Source: the human T2T-CHM13v2.0 reference genome, Homo sapiens. From it: DNA of 64,000 bases. The notes under the pieces are model-generated. The model was not told the DNA's origin. It did not search any database and worked only from the letters and a program-made list of their open reading frames with translations. The DNA is taken from NCBI RefSeq assembly GCF_009914755.1, contig NC_060938.1. One strand, written 5' to 3'. The first letter of the stretch is position 1, and the number at the start of each line of letters is the position of its first letter. Both the position numbers and the translations under genes were made by a program. This document shows positions 44,046-58,769 of this stretch, piece after piece.

Positions 44046-46334
44046 TGCATTAATTTGTTTTCATGCTGCTGATAAAGACGTATGTGAGACTGGGCAATTT
44101 ACAAAAGAAAGAGGTTTAATGGACTTATAGTTCCACATGACTGGGGAATCCTCACAATCATGGCAGAAGGCAAGGAGGAGCAAGTCAAGTATCACATGGA
44201 TGGCAGCAGGCAAAGAGATAGCTTGTGTAGGGAAACTCCCATTTTTAAAACCGTTAGATCTTGTGAAACTTATTCACTGTCACAGGAACAGAATGGGAAA
44301 GACTTGCTCCCCTGACTCTGTTACCTCCCAGTGAGTTCCCTCCACAACACATGGGAATTCAAGATGAGATTTGAGTAAGGACACAGCCAAATCATATCAT
44401 TTCACCCCAGCCCCTCCCAAATCTAACGTCCTCACATTTCAAAATGAATCATATCTTCCCAGTAATCCCTTAGAGTCTTAACTCATTTCAGCATTAACTC
44501 AAAAGTCCAAAATGTAAAGTCTCATCAGAGACAAGAAAAGTCTTTTCTGCCTATGAGCCTGTAAAATCAAAGGCAAGTTAGTTACCTCCTAGATACAATG
44601 GGGGTACAGGCATTGGGTAGATACAGCTATTCCAAATGGGAGAAATTGGCCAAAACAAAGGGGCTTCAGGCCCCATGCAAGTCTGAAAACCAGCAGGGCA
44701 GTCAAACCTTAAAGCTCCAAAATAATTTCCTTTGACTCCATGTCTCACATGCAGGCCACACTGATGCAAGAGGTGGGTTCTCATGGTCTTGGGCAGCTCC
44801 AACTTTCTGGCTTTGCAGGATATAGCCCTACTCCTGTCTTCTTTCATGGGCTGGCCTTGAGTATCTGCCGCTTTTCCAGGCACACAGTGCAAGCTGTCAG
44901 GGTTCTACCATTCTGGGGTCTAGAAGATGATGTCCCTCTTCTCACATCTCCACCAGGCACTGCCCCAGTAGGGACTCTGTGTGGGGGCTCCAACCCCACA
45001 TTTCCCTTCAGCACTGCCGTGGCAGAGGTTCTTCATGAGGGCCCCACCTCTGCAGCAAACTTCTGCCTGGGCATCCAGGCATTTCCATATATCCTCTGAA
45101 ATATAGGCAGAGATTCCCAAGCCTCAGTTCTTGACTTCTGTGCACCCTCAGGCTCAACACCATGTGGAAACTGTTGAGGCTTGGGGCTTCCACTCTCTGA
45201 AACAACAGCCCAAGCTCTACATTAGCCCCTTTCAGCCATAGCTGGAGTGGCTGGGATGCAGGGCACCAAGTCCCTAGGCTGCACACAGCAGAGGGACCCT
45301 GGGCCCAGCCCATGAAATCATTTTTTTCTCCTAGGTCTTGGGGCCTGTGAAGGGAGGGGCTGCCACAAACGTCTCTGATATGCCCTAGAGACATAATCAC
45401 CCATTGTCTTGGTGATTAACATTTGGCTTCTTGTTACCTATGCAAATTTCTGCAGCTAGTCTTAATTTCTCCTCAAAGAGTAGGATTTTCTTTTATATCA
45501 CATTGTCAGGCTGCAAATTTTCCAAACTTTTATGCTCTGCTTCCCTTATAAAACTGAATGCCTTTAACAGAACCCAAATTACCTCCTGAATGCTTGCTGC
45601 TTAGAAATATCTTCCACCAGATACCCTAAATCATCTCTCTCAAGTTCAAAGTTTCACAGGTCTCTAGGGCAGGGCCAAAATGCTGCCAGTCACTTTGCTA
45701 AAACATAACAAGAGTCGCCTTTGCTCCAGTTCTTAACAGGTTCCCCATTTCCATCTGAGACCACCTCAGCCTGGATTTTATTGTACATATCATTATCAGC
45801 ATTTTGGTCAAAGCCATTCAACAAGTCTCTAGAGAGTTCCAAACTTCCCCAAATTTGCATGTCTTCTTCTGAGCCCTCCAAACTATTTCAATCTCTGCCT
45901 GTTACCCAGTTCCAAAGTTCCTTCCACATTTTCAGGTATCTTTTCAGCAGCACCCCACTTTACTGGCACCAATTTACTCTATTGGTTCATTTTTACACTG
46001 CTAATAAAGACATACCTGAGACTGAGCAATTTAAAAAAGAAAGAGGTTTAATGTACTTACAGTTCCACATGGCTGGGGAAGCCTCACAATCGTGGTGGAA
46101 GGGAAGGAGGAGCAAGTCATGTCTTAAATGGATGGCAGTAGGCAAAGAGAAGAGAGCTCGTGCAGGGAAACTCCCATTTTTAAAACCATCAGATCTCGTG
46201 AGACCCATTCACTATCATGAGAACAGCATGGGAAAGACTTGCCCCCATGATTCAATTAGCTCCCACTGGGTTCCTCCCACAACACATGAGAATTCAAGAT
46301 GAGATTTGGATGGGGACACAGCCAAACCATATCA
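44046..46334 (-). mobile_element. Complete THE1 (THE1A/B-like) MaLR provirus: 3' LTR 44046-44399, internal 44400-45977, 5' LTR 45978-46334
   Basis: Two ~355-bp LTRs ending catatca; THE1-int motifs (caaaacaaaggggcttcaggccccatgcaagtc); TSD attgc/actgc; inserted in an L2 3' tail. Confidence 0.96.
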
Positions 46335-47409
46335 ACTGCCTTATATAGATTAAGTGTTCAATACAAATTTATTGAGCAATGTGTGGTTGATCAGAATTTG
46401 ATGGGTAGAGAGCAAAAAATGACTGAGCTATGAGGTGGAATGAATCCAACCCATTGCTTCCTGCTTCCTCCTCTTAGATTCCCTTTCACAGATTCAGATC
46501 ATAGGAATTGGCTGCATACCAGATATCAGTGTTGAAAACTGAACACCCACCTTTCTCTCTTCCACATATATTCTCATGAGAGAGTTCTGTGGGTGCCTTT
46601 CAGAGGCAGCTGCGGGGGTAGCCTTTTCAGTTTGAGTACCAGAGCTGACTCATTAGCACTGGAAAGTCTTAGAGTTATGCTAGAATTACCTTCTCCTCTC
46701 CACCCACCTCTTCCCACCCAATACCTTAATAAAGAAGAACATTTAGATCTAGATTATTTTAAAATATATATTTTTGGTGTTATGAACACTGAAGTCAGAA
46801 TCTTAATGGCTGGATAATTTTAATTCACTTATCCATTATCTATTTCAACCCAAAAAGGTTTTGAAGTAGTATTATATGTATCTGCATATTGTAAAGGAGG
46901 AAAATACAAATGCTAGGTTGTTTAGTACAGATTAGAATGTAATAAGTGTGCGAATTGAAGAATCACAGTGGGATGGAGAAATCAGGAAATCTTTCTCAGA
47001 GCCAATTAATCTATTACGACATTCATATCGGTTTATTAATATCCCTGGAGTTATTTTTCTTTGGTTTTCTACTGAGTTGCTCTAACACTGATGATATAAT
47101 GGGAAGGTCCACACTTAACTAATATTCAAAGTTTTCTTCATGTTTATCTCCAAAGAGTGAGAGAAAAAAGAGAGTCCTCTAAAGGGTAAGAGTGTTACAT
47201 CGTGCTTTGGTAAGAAGCCTAGCTATTTCATAGAGCACATTTTTTTAGGATATTATAACAGAAATAGAGAATGACCTTCGGAAGGAGAATCAGAGTTACT
47301 CAGGAAGAAAACAAAATCAGGAAAATGGAAGAAACTTCAAATAAAAGGCAAACTTTTGAAAGACTCATGCTATGAAAATAAATGATTATGGTCAAACCAG
47401 CTCAAAGCT

Positions 47410-47600
47410 TTGCTTTTCATTTTGGAGATCTGCAGGGACAGACCTTAGAGTTCATTAAATTTATCCCCTTCATTTTACAGATGACAAAGCTGGGGCCCAG
47501 AGAGGTGAAGTGATTTTTTTTGTGGTCACACAGCCAGTGTGGTATGGAACTACAACTGCATTTCATTTTGTCTGACCTTTGGTCCTGGGCCTTTTCATAC
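47410..47600 (-). mobile_element. MIR (MIR3/MIRc-like)
   Basis: cattttacagatgacaaagctggggcccagagaggtgaagtga. Confidence 0.75.
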
Positions 47601-47602
47601 TA

Positions 47603-48213
<611 letters not shown>

Positions 48214-48653
48214 TTACAAAACGCAGTCTCTAGTTGTGAGTTGAGGTAAGAAGATTCATACCCAGAGAAAGGCTCTGGGAAGAACAAAGTAGCATGTCAG
48301 AGCATATCAGAACTTCAGCAGTTTAAGGTTAGGACAAGGCCAACTCCAAATCCAGGATGCAACTCAGATGTCTAGTATGGAAAATTTCTATACCCACATT
48401 TTATCTGATAGATAAAGATTGATACTTGGAAACAAGATGAATAATCAGGATTTGTCTCTTTTATATGGGTTACCATGAATTCAGCAATCTTCCCATACTA
48501 GTCTGTAGGTGTAGTTGAGCCAAATATTATTTCTTTCCCTTGTCAGGAATGACTACTTAAAAAGAGGAGGGGAACATGCAGATTGAAGACCTCTTGAATT
48601 TAACTGACAGAGACTGTGGACAATTAATGTTGGCATCCTAGGCATTTGCATAT

Positions 48654-49292
48654 TGTATGAGCCAGGATACATTTGACTACAAGTACAGATCACCTGGTTA
48701 AAATCAGCTCAGATCATATGGATGCTTATTTTTTACTTAACAAGAAATCTGATGGTAGGCAGTCCAAGGGTTGTTTTGTTGACTCAAATGCAATTACCTA
48801 ATTTTGCCACTGTACTATTCTTAATATCTTGATGGTGACTCCTCCCTTAGTTGCAACATGGTGGCTGCAGCTCCAAGCATTAATCTTTATGTGACAGAAT
48901 TCTAAACTAGGTATAGGAGTAAAAGGGAGAAAGGGCTTTCTCTGAGTGTTTCTCTCATCATCAAAGAAAAATAAATATATATTTTTTCAAATTAAAAAAT
49001 AAAAAGCTTCTCTTGGGGAATTTTCATTGCATTTCATTTTCCAGAACTGGGTCATGTGACATACCTTGACCAATTACTAGCTGTCAACAGATTTGCCATA
49101 ATTTACTTACGCCAACTACAGTTTTCACTTCTGCAGATGCTGCAGATGTAGTGACTCCAGTGACCCATGTTGCCTGCGTGGCAGGGGACTGTGGATCAAA
49201 ATTCATCTCCTACAGCTAGACATACTTTCACTTGAGCAAGATTTGTTTCTCTGAGTATGGAAAATTGAAAAGAAAGCCAACAGTCAGCCACA
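48654..49292 (-). mobile_element. MaLR LTR (MLT1J/K-like)
   Basis: aacaagaaatctgatggtaggcagtcca, gttgcaacatggtggctgcagctccaagcat, ccagaactgggtcatgtg. Confidence 0.7.
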
Positions 49293-49357
49293 CTTGTTAA
49301 CTGACTTTAACATTTCTGTCAGATTGTGAGTCAGATTCAACTAGAGAGAGTGCCTGA

Positions 49358-49694
<337 letters not shown>

Positions 49695-49799
49695 TGACAT
49701 GAGAAATAAAACCTTCAAAGTCCATTTTTTAAATACCCATCTGAAATTTCAGAGGTCACCCCTTTGATTTATTACAATAATAAAATGATGAATTAAATA

Positions 49800-50020
49800 T
49801 GTTAAAGAGTAAAAGCATATAATTGGATTGTTTGTAACACACCGGGTAAGTGCTTGAGGGGATGGATACCCCATTCTCCATGATGTGATTATTAGGCATT
49901 GCATGCCTATATGAAAATATCTCATATATCCCATAAATATATACACCTACTCTGTCCCCACAAAAAACTAAAAATGAAAAATTTAAAAAGTAAAAATTTG
50001 AAAAATTAAACAAAACAATA
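49800..50020 (+). mobile_element. L1MA (L1MA2-like) 3' terminal fragment
   Basis: tataattggattgtttgtaacac...gcttgaggggatggataccccattctccatgatgtgattatt, A-rich tail. Confidence 0.88.
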
Positions 50021-50299
50021 AGAACAAAAATTATCATATATCTTTTTTTCTCTAACCCAAGTTGAATAGTCAAGTATATGAGGCTGGAAATCATCCCAGG
50101 TTCCCTTTTCTACTCATATTCTTTCTTAACACACTTTTCTAGCATAACATAAATCATAACAATTAGAAAATTTTTAGTACCTATTGCTTAGGAGAAACCT
50201 CCTAGAGCTATCTGCTTTAAAATTCAAATATGATCCTACATGGTAACTACTGTGAAGGAAAAATGTACATTGTTCTGCATCAGTAAATTGGGGAGAAAC

Positions 50300-50540
50300 T
50301 ACATATTCTAAAGGTTTTCCTGAGAAACAAACATTGAAGCAAAAATCTGAAAATGAATATCCACTAGAAGAATGGAGAAAAGGATGTTCCTGGTAGGTGA
50401 TGGGGATATACAAAAATCCTGAGGTAGGAAATAATTTGGGCTATTCAAAAAGCAGAGAGCAGGCCACGGTGGCTAAAGATTAGTATAGGATGAGGAGTAT
50501 GACTTCAGAGAAGCAGGCAAGGGCTAGGTCATGAAGGTCG
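50300..50540 (-). mobile_element. L2 fragment
   Basis: ggatgttcctggtagg...aaatcctgaggtaggaa...gggctaggtcatgaagg. Confidence 0.6.
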
Positions 50541-50651
50541 TATCTCTGAACCCCTCATGGGAATGAGTTGTTTATGTTGATTATTGCACAGATGTTATCT
50601 ATGTTCTCTACCATGTTGAGTGAGTGAGATAGGACACTAAGCTCCACCCCC

Positions 50652-50934
50652 TTTTTAAAGACAAGTTTTCACTCTGTAACCCAGGCTGGAGTGCAACGGC
50701 ATGATCTTGGCTCATTACAACCTCCTGGGTTCTGGGTTCAAGCCATCCTCCTCCTGCCATCTTAGCCTCCCAAGTAGTAGGGACTACAGGCATGCATCAC
50801 TATACCTGGCTAACTTTTGTATTTTTTTTGTAGAGATGGAGTCTCACCATGTTGGAACTTCTGGACACAAGCAATCCACCACCCTTGGCCTCCTAAAGTG
50901 CTGGGATTACAGGCATGAACCACCATACCTGGTC
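50652..50934 (-). mobile_element. Alu (AluJ-type), diverged
   Basis: caagcaatccaccacccttggcctcctaaagtgctgggattacagg; J-type ttttttgtagagatgg. Confidence 0.92.
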
Positions 50935-51037
50935 AAGCTTATAAAATCAACATAATTTGAATATTGATTGGACAGGGAGATAAAAGAAGAGAGAAATTAA
51001 ATATGAATCCCAGATTTCTGGTTAAAGAGTGAGTGGT

Positions 51038-51472
<435 letters not shown>

Positions 51473-52039
51473 AGAGTGAGTGGTTTGATAATTCCATTTA
51501 CTAGGCATTGTAGAGATTTAAAATTTCCTCCTGTGTTTGGAAATGTTTACATTCTGAATAAGTCACACTAAAGTGGACACTAGAATTTGTTTACACAACT
51601 TTCTGTATTGCTAAGTTACATGACAGGAGACCTTTTTCCCCAAGAGGAGGACAATGAAGACAAAGCATATGCAAGATCAATCTTTGGGTTCAGGTAGTGG
51701 TGGACAGGTTGAATTCTTCAGGAGAAGAAGTCACAGGATGTTTGGCTTCCAATGTGGAGTGTCTTCATTTGAGCTAAAGTGTTGCAGCCAAGCAGCAGAA
51801 GCCATAGTGCTTTTGCTAGAACAACTCTAATGGGATATGACCGGGTCTAATTCTTAGCTACATAACTTCTGGTTTTATTGCTACAATCTTTAATTTCTGT
51901 TCAACAAATCTTGCTCCCCTGCCAGTCTTTATTTTCCAGTGTAGTCAGTCATCATTTTAAGCTTTAAATCTGATTGTATTGCTCCCCTATCAAATCTCGC
52001 TGGTGGCATTTCTTTCTGGCCTAAGTCAAAACTCCTAAG

Positions 52040-52248
52040 GAATTTATTTTCTAGTTCTACTATAATAAATTATCACAAATGTAATGGCTTAAAACAAAAG
52101 AAACGTATTTTCTCACAGTTCTGGAGGCTAGAAGTCTGTAATCAAGGTGTCAGCTTGGCTATGCTTCCTCCCAAGCCCCGAGGGAAGGGTCTTTGCTTGT
52201 TTCTTCCCACTTCTGGTAGCCCCAGGTGCTCTTTGGCTTGTGGCAGCC
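52040..52248 (-). mobile_element. MLT1C/B-like LTR fragment
   Basis: atggcttaaaacaaaagaaacgtattttctcacagttctggaggctagaagtc. Confidence 0.85.
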
Positions 52249-53550
52249 TAAGTTTTGGATCTTGTTGGAGGCTTCTAGTATTTAATCAGTAAATACTCTT
52301 TAAACACAAGTTCCTGATGGGGAAATATATTGTAGTTGGATGAAGACTGTATGTCGCAGGACCCTTCCACAACCTTGTCTGTCTAGGAATGACCTTGGAT
52401 AATAGTCCTGTGATAATCTCTTATTGGTAAACTGTGTCCTCTAACAACTTAATGAAAATGCAATTCCATAGTACCCTTTTAGATTGTGTCCATGTCTCTT
52501 GATTTATTAAAGCTGTTTTATAACTTAATTTTACACTAGTCATTACAATGATAATTAATTGATTACTTCCTAGTATTATAATCATTATTAGTTTCTAGTA
52601 ACATCAAGGCTTCAAATACAAAATATAAAATCAGTGGTTCATGCAACCTCCCTAGATTTACTGACTGTTTAGATGGACTCCTTAGAATTCAGGACTAAGA
52701 GTTCTGATTTCCACTCTATATTCTATGTCAGTGCCCCTCTCAATTACACTGAAAGAGTAAGTCTTGGTATTCTTCAAGAGGCAGCTGGTACAAAAGTATT
52801 TTATATTCATCCTTGGATCCTGTTTCTGTATTTATGGATGAATATGAATATGTCTGCTTGGGAGATTCGAAAATGTATGTGAAAAACACCAATTTAACAT
52901 TAGTATCTCATTCTCTGAATACTCCTGCCCCTTCTGCTAGCTTTTTGGTTCTTGAAAGAAATGTGCCTTAATGGTTTTATTTTTAAGCTCCTCTTATTGT
53001 ATGTATAGGTTGTGTGAAGAATTAAAAGGAAAGAAGAGATGAAAGTTTATTAGAGAAAATCTTTCATCTAATTTTTTGCTAAATTAATTTAGGGAGCACT
53101 TGAATGCCAGCATTGCTTATGTAATAAAACATATAGTAACAAGAAGATGCTCTTTAGTGGCATAAATTGTCATAAGAAACTTCTAAATGTCAACATCCCA
53201 CATAATACTTACCACCATAATGCTGATCTTGACACAATGCAATTCATGTAATCAATTTCAATGTCTGTCCATCCTCCACCTCAATACACCAATAAATACA
53301 TGCACACACATACACATAATTGGAGTTACAGGAGTGTGGGAATCACTATTTGCTGCTGTTTATCCGTTTGCATATTTAGCTTAAACTGCATAGGGACACT
53401 GGGTGAACTTTAAGAAGTGGAATCCCTCCCCATTGCTCCTACACTGAATATTTTCATTTTCCTCTCTGTCTCCAGGCGTTATGTGATTCTGCAGAGTGTG
53501 TGTCAAAGAATTTGGGGCTCGATTAGTTTGAATGGAAAAAATTTACATCT

Positions 53551-54105
53551 TGGATAAAGCAAATGTGGTATAGAAGTGCAGTGGAATATTAGCCGTAAAA
53601 ATAAAGGAAATTCTGCAACAGTATGGATGAACCTAGAAGATATTAAGTACAATAAACCAGTCACAGAAGGGCAACTACTGCATGATTCCATTTATATGAG
53701 ATATTTAAATAGTCAAACTCATGGAAATGAAGAATAAATTGGTGGTTGCAAGGGAGTCAGGAAGAGGGAAAGGGAAAATTATTTTTCAACAGGTATAAAG
53801 TTTCTGTTATGCAAGATGAATAAGTTCTAGATCTGTTGTACAATGTAGTATTTGTAGTTAACAATATGATATTGTGCATTTTAAAATATATGAGGATAGA
53901 TCTTATGTTGTGTTCTAATCAAAAAACAAACAAACAAGCTCATACGCACAAAAGAACACAGGAGATTTTTGAAGGTGATAGAAATGGTGATACCCTGATT
54001 GTGGTGTTGGCATCATAGCTATGTATTCATGTCCAAACTCATCAAGGTGTATACGATAAATATGTACAACTTTCGTATAACGATTATGCTTCACCAAACT
54101 AAAAG
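53551..54105 (+). mobile_element. L1MB1/L1MA10-like 3' fragment
   Basis: tggatgaacctagaaga...tactgcatgattccatttatatgag...gttatgcaagatgaataagttctag. Confidence 0.85.
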
Positions 54106-54316
54106 AACACCAGAAATATTTCTTACTACGATTGTCTCATATATCTGAAAGATGTTTTTGAAATTGTGGCAGTTACTCCAGCAAGATCTTATCATTTAGT
54201 GTGTGATATAGAAGATGCATATATTATCTCATAAAATTTGTTTCTTTATAATAATGTTGTTAACTCATTTGGTTTCCTTTGTCATCAGTTGCCTATTATG
54301 CATTTAAAAATATTCT

Positions 54317-54626
54317 GGCTAGGCTCAGTGGCTCATGCCTGTAATACCAACATTTTGGGAGGCCGAGATGGGCAGCTCACTTGAGCTTGGGAGTTTGAGA
54401 CCAGCCTAGGAAACATGGTGAAGCCCTGTCTCTACTAAAAATGCAAAAAATTAGCCAGGCATGGTGGCATGTGCCTGTAGTCCCAGCTATTCAGGAGGCT
54501 GAGGTGGGAGGATTGCTTGAGCCCGGGAGGTCAAGGCTGCAGTAAGCTGAGATCATGCCACTGCATTCCATCCTGGGCAATGGAAGTGAGACTTTGTCTT
54601 AAAAAAAAAAAAAAAAAAAAAAAAAA
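54317..54626 (+). mobile_element. Alu (AluJb-like), full length
   Basis: gaggtgggaggattgcttgagcccgggaggtcaaggctgcagt; 26-A tail. Confidence 0.96.
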
Positions 54627-54989
54627 GTCATTCTGTTGCCAGAATGACAAAGGGATCCATGGAACAAAATATCTAAGAATTTCTGCTGTAAGTCATGTAA
54701 GCTGTGATTTTTGTTTCTTTCATCTTATCTGAGAGGCATTTACCTTGTGCTTTGACAAGTTCCAACACAGTAAATCAAAGGCTACAATAACCTGGGCCAT
54801 TTGCTGTGGTCACAAGCAGATGATACAGCTCTGTAAGTCCTAGGATAAAATCTCCTTCATTCTCCCTTACTCCCAAGATCATCCTCAGCTCAAAACTCTT
54901 TTCTGGCTTTTAGTTGCCTGCACATTAACTCTTTCTCTTATTTCACACTTGTCGCAGAGCCATTTACCTTTTAGGCAGTATGAAAATCT

Positions 54990-55180
54990 GTGTTTAAGTC
55001 CTGGCTCTTTCACTTGCTAGCACTATGCTAGTAAGTTACTTAACCACTCTGTGCCTCAGCTTCCTCAACTGCATGATTATATTCTTCCATTGGTTGGTGG
55101 TGATGATTAAATGACTTAATATATGTAAAGCCATTAGATGGATATCTGGCAAATAGAAACTGCCATATGAATGTTTGCTA
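54990..55180 (+). mobile_element. MIR
   Basis: aagttacttaaccactctgtgcctcagcttcctca...gattaaatgacttaatatatgtaaagc. Confidence 0.85.
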
Positions 55181-55689
55181 TGAATGTCTGCTACTACTCT
55201 TAGATGACTGTGTCCATGAGTCTTGTAACCATGTAACAGGTCACTATAATTTTTAAAGTTACAGTGCTGTTTAAAAAGGAAGCCCTATATTATGGGCTGC
55301 CTGAGTTCATCTTCGCCTTGTGCTGTTTTATTCCAGCTGCTGCTAAAGCAACCAGCAATCTGTGGGCTCATCTCATGCTTCAAACCTCTCATTTCCTGCA
55401 CTGGGCTTTCTTGATGTAGAGGATTGGAGACGCTGTACATTTACATGTACATCTTAGTGCCCAATCCAGAAGCACGAGGGAGTTAATGTCCTAAGGGAGG
55501 GTGGTCAATGCATATATTTTTCACGTTTCCTTGTTTCTTGGAGAAGATGAAGTTCTTTCTTTCCAGAGCTGTACGTACCTCTTCTAGATTGGAGTTTGTC
55601 TTCATTACCCCCTTTGTATTTGCTAGCACCATCTTCAGAAGGCACTTAGAATGCCTGATCTGATGACATTGCCTTAGATCAAGAAACCC

Positions 55690-56355
55690 ACTGGATGGCA
55701 AAGAAGAAGGATATACTAGCTATTGTGTATGGCATTATCCAGAATTGGCTGAAAAACATAATGATGGATTGTCTGTTAAAGACTTGGCTAGAGTACAAGG
55801 TCAAGGCTAACAAGTGTGGATTTGGGATGCTGACCTCCAAAGTGTAGCACAGGAGCTGAAACAATGACCAATATAAAATGCTGTGCCCCCAATACCTGGA
55901 ATATATGGATTCAAGAACCAAGGGAGAGTAAAATTGGTCCATCTCACCCTAACTCTAAAGGATCCATTTGAACTGAAGATTTGTGCTTCCCATCCCACAA
56001 CATAAGCCTCTGTACCAATAGTTTCCAGTTCCCAGAAAGAAACACTTCCATCAGGAGACAGTAAATAATTTAAACACTGCACTTTAAACCATGATTGTCG
56101 TTTAGTTTCTTCAGCTTTTTTATACTAATGGATCAGCAAGCAAAGAAAGAAGCTAATGAACTAGTAATGTCATCAGCCTTGATTACCATGAAAAACTAGG
56201 GTTGCTACCAGATAACGGGGGTGAGGGAGAAGTATGTCTGAAACCTGGGGATTAATTTGGGTATCCTTTCCTTCTTCCATGCCCAGTGATGGCAAACAGG
56301 CAATCACAGAAACCATGGCCCACCAAAGGCCAGGCAACTACAGGCTCAACTCCCT
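55690..56355 (+). mobile_element. Ancient ERVL-class internal remnant (integrase end and dUTPase)
   Basis: 56169-56225 translates VISLDYHEKLGLLPDNGGE, like the ERVL dUTPase motif III region VIDPDYQDEISLLLHNGGKE; also LPSGD and the post-integrase ggattcaagaaccaaggg. Confidence 0.75.
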
Positions 56356-57249
56356 ATGCAAACTCTTATGCTAGAAAAATGTTGTTCATAAATAATTTAA
56401 AATGTTGAAAAAAGAGGAAGAATTAAATAAAGGAAAAAGTGAAACAAAAATGAAGCAAAGCAGAAAGGGTTAGAGCACCTTTAAAAAACTGTGAGAATCT
56501 ATAGCACTTGATTCTGGGGATGAACTTAGTGCACACTCTTTTTAGTAACTACATGTTCTTACCATGTTTACAGAATGACTGTGGATTTTCTGTCAGTGGT
56601 AGGTTGGTACTAGATCAATGCTGGTATTTTTGTTTCATTTGCACTTCTGTGCTGGTTTCCTGCAGTGAGTTGTGTGGAGGTGGGTCCAGAATAATTGTTT
56701 CATTGGTGTTTGTTTATTCATTCACTGAGTGTTTTATTTCCATCTATACCAAGTGGGTTGGGAGCTCGAAAGAAGAAAAAAAGAACAATTGTTCATAACA
56801 TAAATTCATGTTAAGAACCACTGATAAACAACTTAATTATCTAGTAATTCCACGAATCCTGAATTTTAAATTGATTCCTCAGGGGTATATTGAAGGGTTC
56901 CCTATTAGTCAGCCTGCTTTTTTAACAGTCATTTTTAAGGTTTTCATTTTCTTTTAAAAACTCTATTTCATATAAGCCATATTTATATTAACATTTGAAT
57001 AAATGTTGGTGTACAAGAACAGAGTTTTCATATACCTTGTGAAATAAAATGTTCATACAATTATATAATCTTCTGTTCATCATGTGAATAGGGTAAAGAA
57101 TGTAGGTATAAATTCCAATTCTACAACTTTCTAATGAAATAACATGGGCAGGTCCTTTCTATAAGATTTGTTTTTTTATCTGTAAACAAGAGAATGCTTC
57201 TACTAAGAAGAAAAAAAGAATAAAAGATTGAACATGCAGAGAATATATG

Positions 57250-57400
57250 CACTTGGGCAAGTTACGAGCCTCGTTGTGATTTGGCTTTCTGACCTGTGAA
57301 ACATGGGTAGTAGTATCTACTTTGTAGAGTTGTCATGAGGGCTAAATTAATTAATTATGTGAAGCACTGGTAGCTGCACCTGGCATGGAGTAAGGTGTTT
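57250..57400 (+). mobile_element. MIR
   Basis: ttgggcaagttac...ctgtgaaacatggg...gttgtcatgagggctaaatta. Confidence 0.75.
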
Positions 57401-57473
57401 ATTATGGGCCAAGCACTGTGCCAGCCACTTCACATATAGCATGTCATCTATTTGTCTCCCACACACCAGGTAC

Positions 57474-57933
57474 TGTCAGTCTAGAAGGAAGAAGCTGAGG
57501 CAAAATTAATATAAGCAGAGAATGTATCTGAACCCAACTTGAGGATTGCAAACCAGAAGGAAGAATAGATTCAAGTTGCCCTGAATATTTACTCTGATTA
57601 GCAACAGCTACCAGTGAATTTTTAAAGGCAGTGAAAAAGGGGACAGGGAGTGGGTTGATACAAAGTTGTTTTTCAGGAATTCTCATTGGTTTACAGAAAT
57701 AACATTGATTAGTGATTGGCTATCCATTGTTAAGCTGTAGAGTGTGAGTTAAAGTGTCTGGTATGGCATTATTAGGTTGATCTGTAACTACCAGCAGCAA
57801 TAGAATGCAGTTTCAATAGATGAATACATAGTTCAAAGGGGAGAGTAGGATATGATTGCAGTCTCATTTTATTGTCTCTCTGGGCCTGATAATTAAAACG
57901 ACTTGTATTCCTCAGATAAAAGTTCTTTTCTCA
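57474..57933 (-). mobile_element. ERV solo LTR (LTR47/MER72-like) inserted in a MIR
   Basis: TG...CA termini; tctctctgggcctgataattaaa...cctcagataaaagttcttttctca; 4-bp TSD-like gtac/ttac; minus-strand MIR resumes at 57934. Confidence 0.8.
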
Positions 57934-58056
57934 TTACTATTATTGTCATCCCATTTTATAGTTGAAGAAACTGAGTCCTAAGAAGATTGTTATTTGGTTA
58001 AGTTTGTAGAGACAATAAAAGGCAAAATCAGATTTGCAACCCAGACATTCTGGCTC

Positions 58057-58136
58057 CTATTCTATTCTATTCTATTCTATTCTATTCTATTCTATTCTAT
58101 TCTATTCTATTCTATTCTATTCTATTCTATTCTATT
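58057..58136. repeat. (CTATT)16 perfect pentanucleotide repeat
   Basis: 80 bp uninterrupted. Confidence 0.97.
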
Positions 58137-58769
58137 CTGCCTCTCTAATGAGCACTTGCCAAAATCCTGCAAATATTCTAAGAATCCTATAAGATAATGA
58201 ATGCAAAAATATTTGGTGTATTGTAAACTGAAACACAAATGTTAAGAAATTAAAAGTTAAACAGAAAATTGTGTCATTTTGTACTTACTACTTACAAATT
58301 GTCCAGTTTAATTTTTAGTTGGCCATTGGCAATCCAATGTTGCATGAAATTTACATCACATATTTTGAAACTTAACTGTTTTCTTACTTTGAGAACTTAT
58401 CTTACTTTGATTTTTTATGTTACTTTGTTCTTTTTCTAATTCTAAAAGCGGTTTCAGACTCCAGTCAAACACAGTTCTGTATTGAATAAGATTCTGCATC
58501 AATAAGGAGAAGTGTCACAGGTAAGGAAACTGAGGTAGTTCAATGCTATTGACCAGAAAGTTGGCAGGAGGTGAAAGAAATATGTCAATGTGTTTAGGGC
58601 TCTTCTCAGACAAAAGGTATCCTAGGGCCCCTGAAACAAGAACCCATCTCCAGTGCTGAATGGTTGAGTTTATTTATCTACTTTGCACCTGGTTATATGC
58701 CAGGAAAATGTTCAGCTAACAGACTTGTGAAATATTCCAGTGTGTTGAAGGCACAGCCTTCTAATTCCT

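Noticed and set aside
45721-46302. Longest ORF in the window (193 aa)
   Set aside because: Runs antisense across the THE1 internal/LTR boundary, starts at TTG, and has no recognisable domain.
53450-53480. Strong-looking + strand splice acceptor (ttttcctctctgtctccag|g)
   Set aside because: No matching donor or ORF before the sequence enters an L1 fragment.
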